Below, piece after piece: positions 1 to 12,075 of a stretch of 64,000 nt of DNA. The position numbers and the translations under genes were made by a program. The stretch spans positions 186,001 to 250,000 of the forward strand of contig NEEC01000015.1 in NCBI GenBank assembly GCA_002189035.1, given 5' to 3'. The first letter of the stretch is position 1. The number at the start of each line of letters is the position of its first letter. The notes beneath the pieces are model-generated. The model searched no databases and had not been told where the DNA came from. It was given only the letters and a program-made list of their open reading frames with translations. The DNA is from Utricularia gibba. Lineage: Eukaryota > Plantae > Magnoliophyta.

Positions 1-695
1 GACTTCTCTTCCTTCGTCTCCTCTTGCTGCCCCCCGCAGATTTTCTCAGTTAGGACCCTAATCTGTTGCCAGAAACATTGCAATTTACAACAAGGGAGAT
101 AAGAGAGGGATGAGTTTGAATCTGCGTTACCTCGTTGCTCATTTCCTCGTTCTCTTTGAAAAGCTTGACGTAATCCGCTTTTAATTTCTCATAACTTGCT
201 TTCAAGCAAGTGTAATCTTTCTCCAGAAGCTTGGTTTTGTATCTTGCCCTTCTATTCTGAAACCAGATAGCAATTTGTCTTGGCTGTAAACCAACTTCTT
301 TGGCAATCTGGGCTTTTCTCTCTGGCTCAAGCTTATTCTCCAACTCAAATGTTTTCTCAAGAAACTGAACTTGCTCAGGTTTCAAACGCCGTTTCTTCGG
401 CAAACAACCGCCGTCCAACTCCTCACAGGAATTCTCCGTTTTATCAGCATCCCCTAGTTCCACATTTCCCAATGTTAGCACAAATTTCTTCAAATAGGAT
501 ACAAAAACCCATAAACAAGAAGCTACAAACAAAAAAAACGATAAGAAAGAAGAAACATCTGTTTTTTTTTTTTTTTTTTTTTTTTTTACCTTGAACAGAG
601 GAAACCCAAACAGGGGGGTCACAAGGAGCGTTCTCAGTCTTGATGAAAACCTTTTCAGAGGCAGAGCAATCTTGAACCTCGTTGCTGCTTTCCAT
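1..695 (-). CDS. Homeodomain-leucine zipper class I transcription factor (HAT5/ATHB1-like group), 3' end truncated by window edge
   Basis: Exons read by eye: 695-590, 453-131, 62-<1, with GT/AG borders. Spliced product MESSNEVQ...[62 protein letters not shown]...IRVLTEKI contains a homeodomain (WFQNRR) followed by a leucine zipper. Confidence 0.92.
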
Positions 696-3110
696 TGACT
701 TCCCAGTAAGAAAAAAACACAGAAAGATCGGAACTTTACTGAGAGAAAATGATCAGATGACGTGGATGAAGTGAACCGAGTTAGAGCATTAGGGAAATGT
801 AACAGTCTTCGCCGTAGCTGCGCAGCAGCACACTCATCAGTCGGCAGATGGGGAAAAAGTAGATAGTTTTTCCTTAGAGAAAAAAAAAATTAGGCGTCGA
901 AATAACAAGAGTGGGGATGAAGATGAGAAGAGAGAGATTGTGTGAAGGTGAAGCAGGAAGAGCTGGGATGACGCTTGCAGCAGAATATAACAGAGTAGCT
1001 CGTTTCTTGCGGGAAAGAAACTCGTCATGTGAAATGACCGTCGAGCCCCCCCGGGCCAGCACCATGCACGGGCATTTGAAAAATATCCCCAAAAATAAAC
1101 TCATCCCCACCTTAAACAAGGTAACGCAATACGAACAAGATAGAGTCAAAAATATCATTTTTATGTCGCATTCAAACATGTAGAATTGATTATTGAAATT
1201 AAAGATACATCGATGGATCCAATGAATATACATGATACAAGTATATAATAAACATTGATTATATTAGAAACGAATTTTTTTTCTAATATAATTTTTTCTA
1301 GTTATTTATAATTCTGTATAAAATTATTTGTTTTAATACGCACAAAACGAATTTGCGGGTGTGGTGCTTTCCTTCATCCCAAACATCTAAAGAGAGAGTG
1401 TGTCTGGTCTGTATGTGAGGATGATGGAAGGGCATAAATGGGAAAGGGAGGGAAAGGAAATAAGAAGCGACAAGTGGGAGGAAAACAAGGGAGGGCTCGA
1501 AGCCGTCCAATCAGTCGCCATCACGCTGCCAGCTCTGCGCCCCCCTCCACTAACTCTCACGAACCCAAACCCAGCAATCAGACAGACCTTAACAACATCA
1601 TCTAATTTTAACATGAAAAAAAAAAAGGAAGCAAGGCCAAGAAAAAGCAAATGAATCTGTATTTGTGGGTCAGACAGAACGAGGGAAGTGCATGCGATGC
1701 GACTCAAGCGGCTGGCGCCTCAGCTCATCTCATCTCCCTCGGTACTTGTAGCCAATGAATTTATTCTGCATTGGGCTGGCCCACTTTCCGTTTGATAGGT
1801 CGCTGTTTTGGGCCAATGCCCGATTTCCTTCACATGCCATGCCCTGTCCCCATCACTTGGAATTGCCTCCCCGATGGAGATGTTTTGTGCCTCTGCTTTT
1901 CAAATTCATAATTTAATTTTTAAAAAATACCTTTGAATGAGAAAAATCAAATGGACCGTATGAATGAATTACATAAAGCTGTTACTGGATGCAGATAGGA
2001 ACAAATAAATGCTACGAAACGTGGAAAACCACGTGTACCCACAAATTTGAAATAAATTTCTATAATATTTTTGGGCCTGTTTACCGGGCTCTCGAATTTG
2101 TTGTGGATCATGGGTGCGAGGCCCGGCCCGAGATTGTTATTGATGACATCATCTCTATGTCACCCTCTGGGTAGGCCACCTGGTGAGAAAAAAAAAGTGA
2201 TTTTTTTTTTTATCGTGGTGAAAATGACATGTGCAATCCTCCCTCGTCTTCAACACACTGACATCCATTTTTTATATTTTTTGAAACTTCTGAACATCCA
2301 TATCATTACCAGAAAGCCGTTGAAATTTCAACGTATATTGTGGAGTTGTTGGTACTCTGACATGAAGCCGCCATACTTGTGTAAGAAAATTGTCAAATGG
2401 TTCCTAATTTTCTTGAAATAAATCCGCTCTTGTTGAATACAAATATTTTGATTCTTTCCCTTTCCTTCCTGTTTGCACGTCAAAGCAGCCAAGGAATGGA
2501 AAGTAAAGGTTGGCATTCCTGCCCTTTAGTTGGATACCATGGAAAAGCTAGATGCTATAATCCTTGCTTTAGAATGGTAACGCTGATTTGTGTTAACTCC
2601 ATCGCACTATCGCACTCAATCATTGCTTCAAATTTTTGCTTTTGTATATATTCTTCAAGAATGTGAATCTCTCTTTATTGGGCACTGGGCTGATCTTGTC
2701 TGCTCTGCCTCTGGGTTGCTCCAAACTACCGTGTGTTTTTGTACACGGTATTTAGATCGTGATGTGGGTAGGCGTAAGATGCATTTTTTTTTTTTTTTTG
2801 TTTCTATTTCAAGCTAGAGTGTTATGCCTTTGGAGTTCAAGGATTTGACTCGCTGTTTGAAACGCTTCGTGCCTGTTCGGTTTTCTTACCTGATATAGGG
2901 AATCATGCATTTTCGTGAGCCGGGTGGTTTTTTCTTTTTGTGGGTGTGCTGATTTTGTTGGAACGATCAGTAACATCCGACAAAAAAAAAAAGAACAATT
3001 CTTCAAAAACGGAACTATGATTTTGATTTGTTTATTACGGCTATGGTCTTCAGGTTGGATGAATGTAGAGTGATTTTTTGGGATTTGGATGATTTGGGTT
3101 TCCGCCAAAC

Positions 3111-5138
3111 ATGGGATTAGGTGGCAATGGCTGGAAAATGGAATCCTGGGAAGGGAAAAAATTCGAAAATGGGAAGAAGAAAGATCCAAACACAATCAAA
3201 GAATTTGGGTGCTGTACACGTTTAAGGTTCTTTGGATGCTGTACAACTTCAAGATCCAAAGTTGATAGCTCTATTAGCAGTATCGGTTCTAATGGTAATT
3301 CCTCTTCGTTTTTGTAAATTGTGTTTCCGCAGCCTGCTCGTCAAGTATTTGATCCGCATGTCCCTGAATATAGCTTCTTAGTGGGTATGGATTTTGATCT
3401 CATGAGTATGCTGTGAGGTGCAAGATGCGTTCTTCTTCTATATATTTCTCGAGTCCAGATTCAGAGTGAGTAGATTTATCTTCTAACTGTTCCATCACTC
3501 GTTGTCGCAAACAGAAAGTAAATCGACCAACGATGCATACAAGAATCAACCGGCCGTCCAACCAGTCCCATCTACATCAACAAGAAATTGTGGAAGTAAA
3601 TCTTCCAGCCTCAAATTTGAAGAGGACCTTAAAGTTTCTTCCCGGCTGCGGAAATTTTCTTTTGATGATCTAAGGTTGGCTACACGAAACTTTAGGCCAG
3701 ATTCACTTCTTGGTGAAGGGGGTTTGGATGTGTCTTCAAAGGGTGGATTGAGGAAAACGGTACAGCTCCTGTTAAACCCGGAACAGGCCTTACGGTTGCA
3801 GTCAAGACTCTGAATCATGATGGGCTTCAAGGTCACAAGGAGTGGCTGGTCTGATCTTTTCTAAATTCTATTTCTAAGTAGTTTCTTTGTGTTTATTTTC
3901 ACGTTGTATTTCATCCAGTTCTCTTGAGTGGCATTCGATTTTTCTGCAGGCTGAAGTTAACTTCTTGGGTGATTTAGTGCACCCTAACTTGGTTAAGTTA
4001 ATTGGCTACTGTATCGAAGATGATCAACGGTTGTTGGTCTATGAATTCATGCCCAGAGGAAGCTTGGAAAACCATCTGTTCAGGCGTATGGCCGTTGACA
4101 CTCCTTGTTAATTTGTGCTGATTAACTCCACATAAATCGGCCAAGTGATCTTCCCATTTTCTGTTGATCATAGGATGCTTGCCGCTTCCTTGGTGCATTA
4201 GGATGAAAATAGCTCTTGGTGCTGCAAAGGGTCTTGCTTTCCTTCATGAGGAAGCAGAAAGGCCAATCATATATCGTGATTTTAAGACATCGAACATACT
4301 TTTGGATGCTGTGAGTTCCATCGAAGTCTCAGCAGTCTTTGCACCGGATTGTTTACCAGACAAAGTGTGTTCAATCTGGCTGATCCCTAAGCTTTTCTTT
4401 TGTAACAGGAGTACAATGCGAAGCTTTCTGATTTTGGGCTTGCAAAGGATGCCCCAGATGAAGGAAAAACACATGTTTCCACTCGTGTCATGGGAACCTA
4501 TGGCTATGCTGCTCCAGAATATGTCATGACAGGTATGTACCCATCTTCCCTATCTTGATCTTCCGTTGAAATCCTGCAAGAGTTTACAGTGAACAGCAGC
4601 GATAAACATGTTCTGATGCGGTTGCTTTGCAGGTCATCTTACATCGAAAAGTGATGTCTACAGCTTCGGTGTGGTTCTCCTTGAGATGATCACAGGTAGA
4701 AGATCAATGGACAAGAACCGTCCAAATGGTGAGCACAATCTTGTGGAATGGGCTAGGCCTCATCTGAGTGACAAGAGGCGGTTTTATCGTCTTATTGATC
4801 CTCGGCTTGAGGGCCATTTTTCCATCAAAGGTGCCCAACGAGCTGCGCAGTTGGCAATTCACTGTCTGAATCGGGATGCAAAATCTAGGCCCCGGATGAG
4901 TGAAGTTGTTGAAGCCTTAAAACCTTTGCCACACCTGAAGGACATGGCTAGCTCATCTTACTATTTTCAGACGATGCAAGTAAACCCCCATGGTCGAAAT
5001 GGTCTTAGAACTCAGGTGTCCCAAGCCAGAAACGCGTCTCAGCAGCATCCAAGAAGCCTCTTCGTTGCGCATGGTGCTCATGCTTCACCTTTTCATCAGC
5101 TAGCTCGTGATTCTCCAGAACCAGATCCAAAACCGTAG
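3111..5138 (+). CDS. Receptor-like cytoplasmic kinase VII, PBL34/35/36-type; apparent 1-nt frameshift at 3718-3722
   Basis: Six exons: 3111-3294, 3515-3848, 3950-4085, 4174-4310, 4409-4532, 4633-5138. Motifs [83 protein letters not shown]. Frame breaks in the GxGxxG loop and is restored by one extra G. Confidence 0.93.
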
Positions 5139-5456
5139 GAGATACATCTCGCCTCCTGTCTTCCCTTTTTTTCTCCTTTTGGTGTGGTGTTATGTTATGT
5201 TTTCTGGTAAATGAAACGCATTGAGGTCTTTGCAGCATAGCATCAACAAAAAGTTTAGCAATGTAAAGGTCCTTGTATGCAAATGTTGTTCAATTTAGTA
5301 TCGTAGTAAGCTATCAAATGGGTTCGTTCATAAATGATTATTACCACAATAAAAGCCTCAAGGTTCAACAAATCAACAGTGTGGTCTTATTCATATGTTT
5401 TCTTTGTGGGGAAAAAATAAGGCATCCCAATGTTAGAAGCACTGCTCCTCCTGGTT

Positions 5457-7158
5457 TCATGGCTTGAGAGCTAAAGCCAGTCCAATCTTTGCGCTTTTCT
5501 CAATGGCTCTTGTGTCCACTTCGCCTGAAACTGTGATCAGGGACTTTGGGCGAAATTCATGCTGAATGAGAGCGCTGGCCTTTCCATAGTTGTTTATTCT
5601 AGCTTTCACAGCAGTCAGCGGATCAAGAGGATGCTGTGTACCAATATTCAGCGTGTTTTCCTTGGTTGAGAAATTGTGAGTGAACTCAGCTCCAACCGCA
5701 GTACTGCTCAAGGGGCTAACAGTATGGAAGTATGATGCAGCAAGAGTTTCACCCTTGTCACTCCTGCATCAAGATTAGTTCAAGAAACTCACATCAGTAT
5801 TTGATCTACATGTAACACTATTTTCTTTAGTAACATACAGGATCAATGACGCAATCAAATCTGCATTGGTGAAGCTGAACCCTGCATTGTATTTGGTAAA
5901 ATTCCCAGTAGCCGTGTCAAATGAGACATCAGTTCCAAAAGAAATGTTTTGACTTCCAGCAACACCAGAGAAGTTGATAACCGGCTTTCCCGTCAGTCCA
6001 AGACTAGTGCTAATTCCAGCATACTCATGAAAGTACTGAATTTCCACCTGTGACCAAAGGTTCAACACAACGAAATTATTAGGCCTCTGTTAAAAACTGC
6101 CATGCCCTTGCGTGCTTTAGATGTTCCCATATGAATTGCATGATGAAACTAACATGGCTCAATGGCAAAAATCACCTTGCCAGACTTCGGGTCGGGAGCA
6201 TTGAAACCAATGATGGCCTTCACTCCAGGAGCAGGCTCATCAACAGTGAAAGTTGCTTGAACCTGAATACCAAGGAATTTACAGTGCACAAACATAGAAT
6301 CTTATCTAGTATGCACAAACAAAAGTGTATACATGGATCGATTTCTAAGTATCGAGTAGCAAGAATCCGGGTCATTACAATACCTTGGAGTTCACATCAA
6401 CTTTTACATCCGCTGTGATGTTCTTGTGCTTCAATTGGGTGGTAACATCAGCCAACAGCAAATCACCCCTTTTAAGCCCTGTTGAAGTAATCGACTACAA
6501 AACCAAATATAACATAAAAATCAGGACGGTTCTGAAAGCTCGCTCCAGGCTTTTCTATTGATGATGACTACAATTATATGCATATTCTACAAATTTGACA
6601 GAAAGACAAACTTCAACAATCTCCGGTGTAAAATCTGTTAATAAGCCCCCATAGATCATCAGGTACAAATACCATGAAAGTTAAAACAACACGATAAACG
6701 TCACTCGACCTTGACTCTCTAAGCCAAAGAAGGCTTTTTATGTCAAGTGTTTTTCATTAAATGTGGATACAGGAAAAGAAAACACTCGTCACTCAATACC
6801 AAAATAACACAGTCAAGCTTACAAACATAAAAGCATTCCTATTCCAAAGAATGCTTTTTCTTCACGAGCCCCATGAACTGGGGCGGCGTCCATTATAAGA
6901 AATGAAAAACAAACGAGAAAGCAATATAATCACTCACCAACCCGTTTGAAGTATAGGTTGTGAGGGTGACTTTGTGGTCTCCCTGATAATCCTTGTACAG
7001 AAGATCTGAGAAAAACAAAAAGACCAAAAAAACAACGATACCTGTTTCAAAAAATCACAGCGATGCATACCAAAAATTCAAACCAATAAACGAAAGCAAT
7101 CACCTCTAGCCTTCTTCCCAATATCTGAATACAACCCTGTACTCTTTACGTAGACCAT
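5457..7158 (-). CDS. VDAC: Mitochondrial outer-membrane voltage-dependent anion channel (porin)
   Basis: Six exons from ATG at 7158: [19 protein letters not shown]|[17 protein letters not shown]..|[17 protein letters not shown]..|[16 protein letters not shown]..|[18 protein letters not shown]..|..[13 protein letters not shown]. These match plant VDAC termini. Confidence 0.95.
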
Positions 7159-7548
7159 TTTCGTTCTTGTCAAGTAGTGCTGAGAAATCTCCAACACAGA
7201 ACCAGAAAAGAAACACCGAAATGGAGAAGAGTCTTCACCTTGTGGTGTGTGTTAGGTTTCAGGCTTTCATTGTTAACCCCTTGAATTTTGTGATTCCTTG
7301 GGAAAAAATTTCTTTAATTTTATTTCCATATTATCAGGACTTAATTTACGTTTTTATCCAAATATACAAAACTACCGGATCGGGTTGGCCCGCAAACGTG
7401 GCGCAATATAGATTGTTGGCGTGGGAGCGGAAGGCAACATCAGAGTTCTTCGCTCCCCCAAATTGCGAGAGCCCTAGAATACTTTCCCTTCGATCTGGAT
7501 TGATCTCCTGGTGGTCAGATCGCGGCGCGTTTCAGAAACGCAAGCATT
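7159..7548. promoter_or_regulatory. Candidate bidirectional promoter shared by VDAC (-) and ESS2 (+)
   Basis: Only 390 nt separate the two divergent ATGs. A GC-richer patch at ~7380-7420 (GGGTTGGCCCGCAAACGTGGCGC) lies in the middle. Shared use is inferred from geometry. Confidence 0.5.
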
Positions 7549-9105
7549 ATGTTGTCATCTCCTGGCCACTCCCCGCGTCGCCTCTCTACGCCGTCGCCGG
7601 CCCTCTCCCCTTCCATCTCCTCCGATCTAAACCCTAAATTTTCTCGTGGTTCGGCATCGGGTTCTGATTTAACCACTGTAAAGCGCCGCAGGAAATCGGT
7701 TGTTCTTGACGAGGACAGCTATGTCGCCGCTATTGAGAAGATCATCGAGCGAGACTTCTTCCCAGATATTTCCAAACTGCGGGATCGCCTCGATTGGTTG
7801 CAGGCAGTTAGAACCCAGGATCCTCTTCTTATTCGCGAGGCACAGTTAAAGATTCTTGAAAGGCGCCGTCTTTCGAAAGGGGGTGAAGCTGCGGCAGGTG
7901 CTTCTTTACGCGACGCGTCTTTGACCCCTGGTTTATCTTTTTTACGGAATGCTTCCGTTACACCCTCCTTTAGTGAGCGCACGGAAAAAATTGCGATGCC
8001 TGTACAAGGCGATGGCTCTAGTGATGGAGAAGAGCCGGTTGATTCTTCGTTGTCGCTGGATGAATTCTTTAGGAGGTATACGAGTGAGGACAATGAGAGT
8101 TTCGCTAGAATACTCGAAAAAGTGAATAGGAAAAGAAAGGAAAAGTATGGATATTTGTTGGAATCCGGTGAATCTGGGTTGAATTCCGGGAACAACTTGA
8201 TTGACAATGCAACTGCTCGGGAAAAATGTGCGACCGATGGTTATGGTACATCGTATCAGCCTGTGCATACATTGGAGGGATGGAAGCACACGCCGAAGAA
8301 CTTGTTGATGTATTATCCTGCTGATAATGGGGAGGCTCCCCTCACTGAAGAGGATAGAGCCCTCAGGCTGAAAGGTCTAACGAAGGAGATTAAACGATCC
8401 AATACACGGTTCCATGTAAAGGCTTTGGATTCAGATGCACCAAAAGGTGATGAAAGTACTATTATTTATGCACCTGTTGTTGGGAGTACACCACTTCCGG
8501 CTTCCCGGCGAGATAGTCAGGTGAAGAAATATGATTTAGAAGACTTGAGGAAGACGCCTAACATGTATTATCTCGAATCTGATAAGAAGGCAGATAATGG
8601 ATATAGTTTCGTGAAAACGCCTTCTCCTGCACCAGGGGTTGATGAGTCACCATTTATCACCTGGGGTGAGATCGAGGGGACACCACTGAGGCTAGAGCAA
8701 GAAGAAACGCCCATTGATATTGGTGGTAGCGGTGATGGTCCACAGTTTCGGATACCCCTACCACCATCAAGGGATGTAAAGGCACATTCTTTATCGAGGG
8801 AAGCTGCAAGAAAGATTAGAGAGAAATCAAGGATGTTTCAGAAGCCGCCTTTGCCATCATCAGTTAGAGGAGGAAGCGCAAGCCCAAGCTCACAGGTTTT
8901 CTCACATGCTGGCCGGAAGTTTATCAGGAAAGCAATTGCTAAATCGCCTCTTTCCATTGATGAGTCTCTTCGAGCAAGTTATCGAAGTGCAAGTCCTGTA
9001 TCCATTCCTTCCAAAACAGGTAGAAGCATGTCCAGGTTGGGTAGAGGTGCCAGCGTTGATTCAAGGTCACCGTCTGTCGCGGATGGCTCTGATCCAGCTT
9101 GGTAG
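7549..9105 (+). CDS. ESS2: Splicing factor ESS-2 / DGCR14 (Es2) homolog, intronless
   Basis: 518-aa ORF with VLDEDSYVAAIEKIIERDFFPDISKL, SLDEFFRRYTSEDNESF, KNLLMYYP, GYSFVKTPSPAPGVDESPFITWGEIEGTPLRL, all characteristic Es2/DGCR14 motifs. Confidence 0.93.
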   Translation: MLSSPGHSPRRLSTPSPALSPSISSDLNPKFSRGSASGSDLTTVKRRRKSVVLDEDSYVAAIEKIIERDFFPDISKLRDRLDWLQAVRTQDPLLIREAQLKILERRRLSKGGEAAAGASLRDASLTPGLSFLRNASVTPSFSERTEKIAMPVQGDGSSDGEEPVDSSLSLDEFFRRYTSEDNESFARILEKVNRKRKEKYGYLLESGESGLNSGNNLIDNATAREKCATDGYGTSYQPVHTLEGWKHTPKNLLMYYPADNGEAPLTEEDRALRLKGLTKEIKRSNTRFHVKALDSDAPKGDESTIIYAPVVGSTPLPASRRDSQVKKYDLEDLRKTPNMYYLESDKKADNGYSFVKTPSPAPGVDESPFITWGEIEGTPLRLEQEETPIDIGGSGDGPQFRIPLPPSRDVKAHSLSREAARKIREKSRMFQKPPLPSSVRGGSASPSSQVFSHAGRKFIRKAIAKSPLSIDESLRASYRSASPVSIPSKTGRSMSRLGRGASVDSRSPSVADGSDPAW

Positions 9106-9403
9106 ATCTGTTATCTGGGAACTTACTGTTTGTGCTAGTGTTCTTTATCAGAAAACTTGTTGAAGCTCTATCTGTAAGATATTATGTATCATCCTTTCCT
9201 CGTGGAGCATGCTCAATCACCCAATAAGGTGTACTTGTACGAATCTGTTACCTGATTCGAAGTTTTTACTTATCCCCAGTTGCCATTTGTGTGGAATGTG
9301 GTAAAGTTTTGAACTCCATGGGAATACACCGTTGCAAGCTTTTCTTTTTTTATCAAATACTAACCAATCAAATTGGACAGATGTGAGATTATGTCCCGCA
9401 TCG

Positions 9404-12075
9404 CTACATCTTATTACTGAAGCTACCACTCAGGTTTCCACTGTAAGTCCCGCCGAGGTTTCCACTACTTGTCCATCCTTCTTGAACCTGAACTGAATAT
9501 TGCATGTGCCAAAGCACATCTTCAACTGTTGGTCGTGCAGCAGGGTCCTTGCGTAGGCAATCGATCGTTATCTGTGCCATGGTTTTAAGCGAATCATAGG
9601 CATATGTCCCGCGCATTGAGGGGTCTATTACATCTCGCAAGTCTGATGTTGATTCTGCCAAGCCCATCTCTAGCTGAAAATGGAGATCATCTACTTCGTG
9701 CTGAGCAGTTGTAGGTCTGCCTGTGATAGCTTCAGCCAAAATAACACCCAGTTGGTAGATATCTTCCTTTTCTGGATATTTTCTGCAAGAAAAGGAAGTC
9801 GAAATACCAGCTGAGAAATCGGAAAGAAGATGAATGAGGTCAAGGAAGGTGAAATAGGCGGTTACTGGGGGTTTGAGGTTTCTGGTCTGTTGAGAAGGCT
9901 TTCTGGTCCAACCTGAAAGGACACAAATATGCGTGAGAGTTTAGCTGGTAAACTCTGTAATATAAGAAGCCTTCGAACAAAAAACGAACTCTCACCGTAG
10001 ATGGTAAGCTTATGTTGTAGTTGCTGATTTTTACAGTAAGAGTCTCATCCAGCAGAATGCTGTCTAGTTTCAAGTCATTTCCAACAATTCCTCCAGAATG
10101 CAGGTACTGAATCCCTCTTGCTATGCCCAAGGTGATCGCCATTCTCTGAGGCCATTTCAAGAACTCCCTTCTCCTCCAATCTGCAATATGGAAGCACATG
10201 ATGAGTTTGCTTCTTCAGAAATAAATTATGTTATTCCTTTTTCCAGATTCTGGATTCGAGTACCCATTAGATGATCTTTCAATGATCCGTTGGTGACATA
10301 TTCAAGCACAATGAAAACAGTGCTAGCTGTGTTTGGATAGTCATGGTGGGTGGCGATGCAGTGACCGAGAACGCTGACCAGATGCCGGTGTCTCAGCTTT
10401 GAGATCACCTCCATATGCTGATTCAGGGCTTGAGGTGCGTGCTTCTGTTTCATCTTCAAGCATTTTATCAGGACAACGGAGCCATTCCCAAGCCACCCCT
10501 TGAATAGCTGAAAATTATTGCAAGAAAACAGTAGTCACTTTTTACTCGTCTATTCCATTTAATACTTACTACTCACAGATGAATGAGAATCAGCTTACCT
10601 GTCCCTGTGGTCCGTCTTGCAGAAGATTCGATGTGTCAAAGTTGTTTGTTGCATCCTCCATTTCATCAACTGTGAAAACATTATATGGTGGCAATGCGGA
10701 AGATGTGATCCTCAGAGGCTGGTGTGCATGCCCTATGAGAACGCAGGAGAAATGTTAAGAGCTCTTGTAGCCAGTCCTACTACATTGAGGAAAAGAGTGT
10801 GTTTTATATACTAACTTGCCAGCAGAGAGGCGGGGGGCGGACTCTTCTCCATCATCAAGCTTTCAGATTTCTGGCGAATGTCTCCTCCCCACAGATACTT
10901 CTTCACAAGAAGCAATATCAGAGTCCCCACCAACACTAAAGCCACAAAAATCCCAGAAAGGATGCCAACAACAATTCCAAGTTTCATGGTTGTTTGCCCT
11001 TCCCGGCTTCGCTTGGGGGCGGCTGAACTGCTATCGCATCCTTTTGACAGAAAGCAGACGATTTCTGATACCTCGAGGTTGAGTTCGAGAGGCAATTCCA
11101 TGAAGTGATCACTGTCTTGTTTCCCTTGTTTGACTCAAGACAAGAAGGTAACTCTCCTAGCAGAGAGTTGTTTGAAAGGTCCACATAACTGAGATTCAAA
11201 TTGCAAGAGATGTCACCATCAAGTTCTCCACTCAGCTCGTTCTTGCCAAGATTTATATACTGGATTGATGGCAAAGAAAACAGGAAAGCTGGGATTGGTC
11301 CAATGAGCTTGTTGGATGAAACATCAAGGATTTGCAGATTATTCATCTCCTTGAAAGCTTGAGGGATTTCTGATCTTAGAGAATTGTTCCCCAGAGAAAT
11401 TCTCACAAGACTGTCAGCTACGGAAGGAAACTCAGGTCCCAGCTCATTGTTACTTAAATCCAACTCTTGAAGCAAAGGTAAGCTTCTGAGATCAGGAACA
11501 CTTCCATTGAACAGATTATCACTCAGCACAAGGCTTCTCAATAGTGGATAAGTAGATACAGAAAGTGGGATTTCTCCAGAAATGAAATTTGAAGTCAAAT
11601 TCAAAACCTCAAGCGATTTAAACCGGTTGATTTTCCCCGGCAAGGGCCCCCACAGTCCCAAAGAAACCAATGACAGCCTCTGCAAACTCCAGAGCTTGGT
11701 TAACACGGTGAGGAATGAATCTAGTGAGAATCTTTCAGACAAACTCTGTTGATAAACAGTGAAATTTGAAGCCTCAGCGGTCAGCCCTTGAATCCTTGAT
11801 GGAGAGCTTTTGTTTCCGACAATGGAGAGCTCAGTCACATGATTCCCTGAACAGGAGATTGTAAGGGAAGGTGTCGCAGGAAGAGAACAAAAATCTGTCC
11901 AACTGTTCCAAGATTGAAGAGGAGGAGGATACTCCAGAAGTTGCTGAATCTGCAAAAGGATCCTGCTCTCCGCTTGAGCCAATTGTTGCGCATCAGAAAA
12001 AAGTGAACCGCAAATAAGGAGAAAAGCAGAGTAACACCACAAACAGAACCGAACCCATGAAAACTCTTTGCCCAT
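9404..12075 (-). CDS. LRR receptor-like kinase, LRR-VI type with degenerate (probably inactive) kinase domain; apparent 1-nt frameshift at 11015-11019
   Basis: Signal peptide, LRRs (LxxLxLxxNxLxGxIP), TM helix (LGIVVGILSGIFVALVLVGTLILLLV), then spliced kinase exons. GNDLK replaces HRDLK and SNYN replaces DFG. Ends DPAARPTVEDVLWHMQYSVQVQEGW. The ectodomain ORF stops at 10984 unless one C is added to the C5 run. Confidence 0.9.

Noticed and set aside
990-1070. CPuORF33-like peptide (ARRSFHMTSFF) upstream of the first HD-Zip gene
   Set aside because: Weak similarity, no AUG in that frame before the motif, and the frame does not stop where the conserved uORF would.
7719-8289. Minus-strand ORFs inside ESS2
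   Set aside because: Antisense shadows of the 518-aa ORF.
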